DNA from: a virus
DNA: 20,782 bases
UHGV virus genome: UHGV-0324485
Strand: one strand, 5' to 3'
Shown here one piece after another: positions 17,450-20,782 of this stretch. Both the position numbers and the translations under genes were made by a program. Each line of letters starts with the position of its first letter. Positions within the stretch are counted from its first letter, which is position 1. The notes under the pieces are model-generated. The model had not been told where the DNA came from. It did no database searches and saw nothing but the letters and a program-made list of their open reading frames with translations.

Positions 17450-18202
17450 ATGCCCGTTTCTTTAAGCGCTCAACTTGGTAGCAAAGAACAGGCCGATGTA
17501 AGACTTGCTGGCTCTGTCATGTCGGCGCTGCGTGTTTCTATGCCCGGCATCGTCCAGTCATTTGATCCGGACACGGTAACAGTGGTTGTTCAACCTGCGA
17601 TTAAAGGCTATGAGCCGGACTCAAATGGAATCAACCAGTCGACGACATTACCCCTGCTGGTGGATGTACCAGTGGTATTCCCGCGCGGCGGAGGCTGTAC
17701 GTTGACTTTTCCGGTAAAAGCCGGGGATGAGTGTCTTGTCGTTTTTGCCGATCGTTGTATTGATTTCTGGTGGCAGAGTGGCGGGATACAGGAGCCGGTC
17801 GATGACAGAATGCATGATTTATCGGATGCGTTTTGTATTGTCGGTCCCCAGTCGCAGGCGAGGAAGATTAGCGGTATTAATACCAGTGCCACACAGTTGC
17901 GTAGTGACGACGGCAGCACCTATTTTGAGCTTAATCCTGACACCAGGAAAATTAAAATTGTCGCTCCGGGTGGTCTTGATGTGGTTGCCCCTCTGGCTGA
18001 TTTTTCTGAGAAAGTAACCATTCATGGCCTGTTAACCTGGATGGGGGGCATGGTGGGGTCTGTTGTTTCTGGTGTGGCTTCAAAAATCACTGGTGCTGTT
18101 GAGTTCTTGGGGAGCGTTAAGGCTAACGGCAAGCCAATCGATGATACGCACACTCATGGCGGTGTTCAGCGCGGTGGAAGCAATACCGATGGGGTAAACT
18201 GA
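17450..18202 (+). CDS. Baseplate central spike protein (Mu gp45 / P2 gpV-like)
   Basis: 250 aa, RBS GGAGA. C-terminal HTHGG motif and Gly-rich beta-like repeats typical of gpV-family spikes. Confidence 0.6.
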   Translation: MPVSLSAQLGSKEQADVRLAGSVMSALRVSMPGIVQSFDPDTVTVVVQPAIKGYEPDSNGINQSTTLPLLVDVPVVFPRGGGCTLTFPVKAGDECLVVFADRCIDFWWQSGGIQEPVDDRMHDLSDAFCIVGPQSQARKISGINTSATQLRSDDGSTYFELNPDTRKIKIVAPGGLDVVAPLADFSEKVTIHGLLTWMGGMVGSVVSGVASKITGAVEFLGSVKANGKPIDDTHTHGGVQRGGSNTDGVN

Positions 18203-18555
18203 TGCGATACAGACGTGAAGACGCCGATGGCGATTACACCTTTGGCAGCGGTGATGACACCTGGCTGATTAACTCACCGGAGGCCGTGGCGCAGGCGGTA
18301 AAAACGCGATTCGAATTGTGGTATGGGCAATGGTTTCTCGACACCACCGAGGGGACTCCGTGGATCCAGTCCGTACTCGGTAAGCAGAAGCCGGAAACCT
18401 ACAACCTGGCGATCCGTAAGCGCATCCTCGAAACGCGGGGCGTTAAATCAATCCTCTCTTTCAATACGACGGTGGATACCACGACCCGACGTGTCATGTT
18501 TTCCGCTGAAATCGACACTCTTTATGGAATAACGACTGTTACATCGGAGGCGTAA
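18202..18555 (+). CDS. Baseplate wedge protein (gpW / gp25-like)
   Basis: 117 aa with ATGA overlap with the spike stop; size and position match P2 gpW / Mu gp46. Confidence 0.55.
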   Translation: MRYRREDADGDYTFGSGDDTWLINSPEAVAQAVKTRFELWYGQWFLDTTEGTPWIQSVLGKQKPETYNLAIRKRILETRGVKSILSFNTTVDTTTRRVMFSAEIDTLYGITTVTSEA

Positions 18556-19754
18556 TGGCTCTGAACCTTGATTCTCTCGGTTTATCTGCAAAGGTAACCG
18601 CGGAGGGGATCAGTGCGCCTGATTATCAGACGATACTCAGCACCCTGATTAGCTATTTTCAGCAGATTTATGGCAGTGATGCCTACCTCGAACCGGACAG
18701 CAAAGACGGCCAGATGGTGGCTCTGATGGCGCTGGCGATTCATGATGCCAATAATATGGCGATAACTGTCTACAACTGTTTTTCACCAGCAACCGGCTAT
18801 GGAGCCGCACTGACCAGTAACGTGAAAATAAATGGTATTTCACGTAAAGGCGCGACGAATTCTACGGTTGATTTGCTTCTTACAGGAACTGCCGGAACAA
18901 CCATCATTAATGGCAGCGTGAAAGACAGTAATAATGTGATATGGCGTTTGCCTGCTTCAGTGGTGGTCGGCGTGGATGGTACAGTGATGGTGACCGCAAC
19001 ATGTTCCGTCAGTGGTGCAGTGGCGGCGCTGGCTGGAACTATCACTGAAATTAATACGCCAACCCGTGGCTGGGTTTCGGTAACTAATCCTGCTGCGGCT
19101 ACTGTGGGCACTCCGGCAGAAACTGACGCTGAGTTACGTATCCGCCAGTCGCAAAGTGTTGCGTTGCCATCATTAACCCCATTTGAAGCACTGGGTGGTG
19201 CTGTTTCTAATGTTATCGGTGTAACCCGCCACAAACTCTATGAAAACGATACTGGTTCGGAGGACGGTAACGGATTACCGCCACACTCTGTTGCTGTAAT
19301 TGTGGATGGCGGTGATGTGACGGATATTGCTCAGGCTATCAGAGGGAATAAAGGCCAGGGGACATCCACTCACGGTACAACATCCGTTACGGTTCCGGAT
19401 AAATACGGCAATCCCCATGTAATCAAATTCTCGCGCTCTAGTGATGTGCCTGTTTATGCCCGGATTAAATTAAAAGTTTTTACGGGTTATACCTCACAGA
19501 TAGGGCAGCAGATCCAGCAGGCTATTTCCGACTATATCAATAGTCTGATGATTGGTGATTCGGTCCTTTTAAGTCGCATTTACTCACCGGCGAATCTTGG
19601 CGTGGTGAGTGGCGGGAATGCACGCTATTACGATATTCAGGAACTGACGATTGGGAAATCCCCGGGGGCTTTGTCGTCATCAAACATTGATATCAGATAC
19701 AACGAATCTGCGTCCTGTACACCGGAAAATATCGTTATAACGGTGGAGTCATGA
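18555..19754 (+). CDS. Baseplate protein J-like (Mu gp47 / P2 gpJ family)
   Basis: 399 aa, overlaps the upstream stop; size and order after the gpW-like gene. Confidence 0.6.
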   Translation: MALNLDSLGLSAKVTAEGISAPDYQTILSTLISYFQQIYGSDAYLEPDSKDGQMVALMALAIHDANNMAITVYNCFSPATGYGAALTSNVKINGISRKGATNSTVDLLLTGTAGTTIINGSVKDSNNVIWRLPASVVVGVDGTVMVTATCSVSGAVAALAGTITEINTPTRGWVSVTNPAAATVGTPAETDAELRIRQSQSVALPSLTPFEALGGAVSNVIGVTRHKLYENDTGSEDGNGLPPHSVAVIVDGGDVTDIAQAIRGNKGQGTSTHGTTSVTVPDKYGNPHVIKFSRSSDVPVYARIKLKVFTGYTSQIGQQIQQAISDYINSLMIGDSVLLSRIYSPANLGVVSGGNARYYDIQELTIGKSPGALSSSNIDIRYNESASCTPENIVITVES

Positions 19755-20431
19755 GCAAATACACCGAACTAATCACGAACTACCACGCCACCAAACCTAA
19801 ATTTCTTGCACATGTTGATCTGATGACCCGGCCGCTTATTGATGTTGCGGCGGCCACCAGAGGGCTGATTACTGCATTTGATATTGACTCTGCGGTTGGT
19901 GTGCAACTTGACATTCTGGGATTGTGGATCGGACGTAGCCGTGTTGTCAGCCAGCCTATTTCAGGTGTCTATTTCAGCTGGGATACCGACGGGCTTGGAT
20001 ATGATCAGGGTGTATGGCAGGGGCCATACGATCCTGATTCCGGATACATGTACCTCAGCGATGAAACTTATCGTGTCATCCTTAAAGCGAAGATTGCGAT
20101 TAATAACTGGGACGGACGGAATGATTCGCTTCCAGCAATTCTTGACGCTGCAACAGCAGGATCCGGGCTGCGAATGCAGATAGTCGATAACCAGGACATG
20201 ACGATATCGGTCTGGGTCTTTCCTGATACTGATATTTCAGATGTATCGCGTGAGTTAATTGCGGCAATTAAACAGGGGTATCTAACAGTAAAAGCCGCCG
20301 GGGTATGGGCGGGGGGCATTGAAACACCTTCGGTGGAAACTCCATCGGAAGGCTCTAAATTTTTTGGTCTTGATATGGATAACGAATTCATCAGTGGTTT
20401 TGATGTAGGGGCATGGGGAGTATTACTCTGA
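19751..20431 (+). CDS. Tail protein I-like (Mu gp48 / P2 gpI, DUF2612-type)
   Basis: 226 aa with ATGA overlaps on both sides; position between the J-like gene and the tail fibre. Confidence 0.55.
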   Translation: MSKYTELITNYHATKPKFLAHVDLMTRPLIDVAAATRGLITAFDIDSAVGVQLDILGLWIGRSRVVSQPISGVYFSWDTDGLGYDQGVWQGPYDPDSGYMYLSDETYRVILKAKIAINNWDGRNDSLPAILDAATAGSGLRMQIVDNQDMTISVWVFPDTDISDVSRELIAAIKQGYLTVKAAGVWAGGIETPSVETPSEGSKFFGLDMDNEFISGFDVGAWGVLL

Positions 20432-20782
20432 TGGCAAAAAATGACTTTAAAGCGTTTGCAACTGATCGAAATGCCAATGTTATGTCGCAGGAGGAATGGG
20501 AAGCGTTGCCTGCGCTTATATCCGGATTTACAGCAGGGAAAGCATCCAGTGCGCAAGTCAATAAGGTTATTCGGCAGGCCAGCTTTATTGCTGCAGCTCT
20601 GGCCCAGTTTGTAAGTGATAAAACGCAACGGGATGTGCTTGATAATGGTGATCTGCCCGGTTTTGTTGAATTGCTGGGATCGGGGTTTGCTGTTGAATAC
20701 CTGAGCCGCAAGAATCCGTTTGGCGATATCAAATCGGATGGCACGGTGAAAACGGCTCTCGAAAACCTTGGTTTGGGAGAAG
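20431..20782 (+). CDS. Tail fibre protein, N-terminal part (3' end outside the window)
   Basis: Begins [49 protein letters not shown], a conserved tail-fibre N-terminal anchoring region in enterobacterial phages; the ORF runs off the window end. Confidence 0.6.
   Translation, partial: MAKNDFKAFATDRNANVMSQEEWEALPALISGFTAGKASSAQVNKVIRQASFIAAALAQFVSDKTQRDVLDNGDLPGFVELLGSGFAVEYLSRKNPFGDIKSDGTVKTALENLGLGE

Noticed and set aside
20068-20628. 186-aa minus-strand ORF
   Set aside because: Antisense to the gpI-like and tail fibre genes, which have strong positional and sequence support.

Overview
The window is a single-orientation (+ strand) late-gene block of a temperate contractile-tailed (myovirus-like) prophage of an enterobacterial host. 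Gene order: lambda-type lysis cassette (R-like endolysin, here interrupted by an inverted duplication; Rz/Rz1 spanins), a small unknown ORF, terminase small and large subunits, portal, MuF-like head morphogenesis protein, scaffold-like protein, head proteins and major capsid protein, head-tail joining proteins, tail sheath, tail tube, tail assembly chaperone with a candidate -1 frameshift, tape measure protein, baseplate proteins, central spike, gpW/gpJ/gpI-like wedge proteins and the 5' end of a tail fibre gene. No rRNA, tRNA, CRISPR array, integrase or IS element was seen. The most unusual content is (i) a direct-inverted-direct duplication that splits the endolysin gene at the left edge and (ii) an AT-rich two-gene cassette (secreted protein plus small 2-TM membrane protein with its own promoter and terminator) inserted in the baseplate module at 16676-17430, which is the best candidate for an uncharacterised accessory system. 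All similarity statements are from reading the translated ORFs and recalling protein families from memory; no database search was run.
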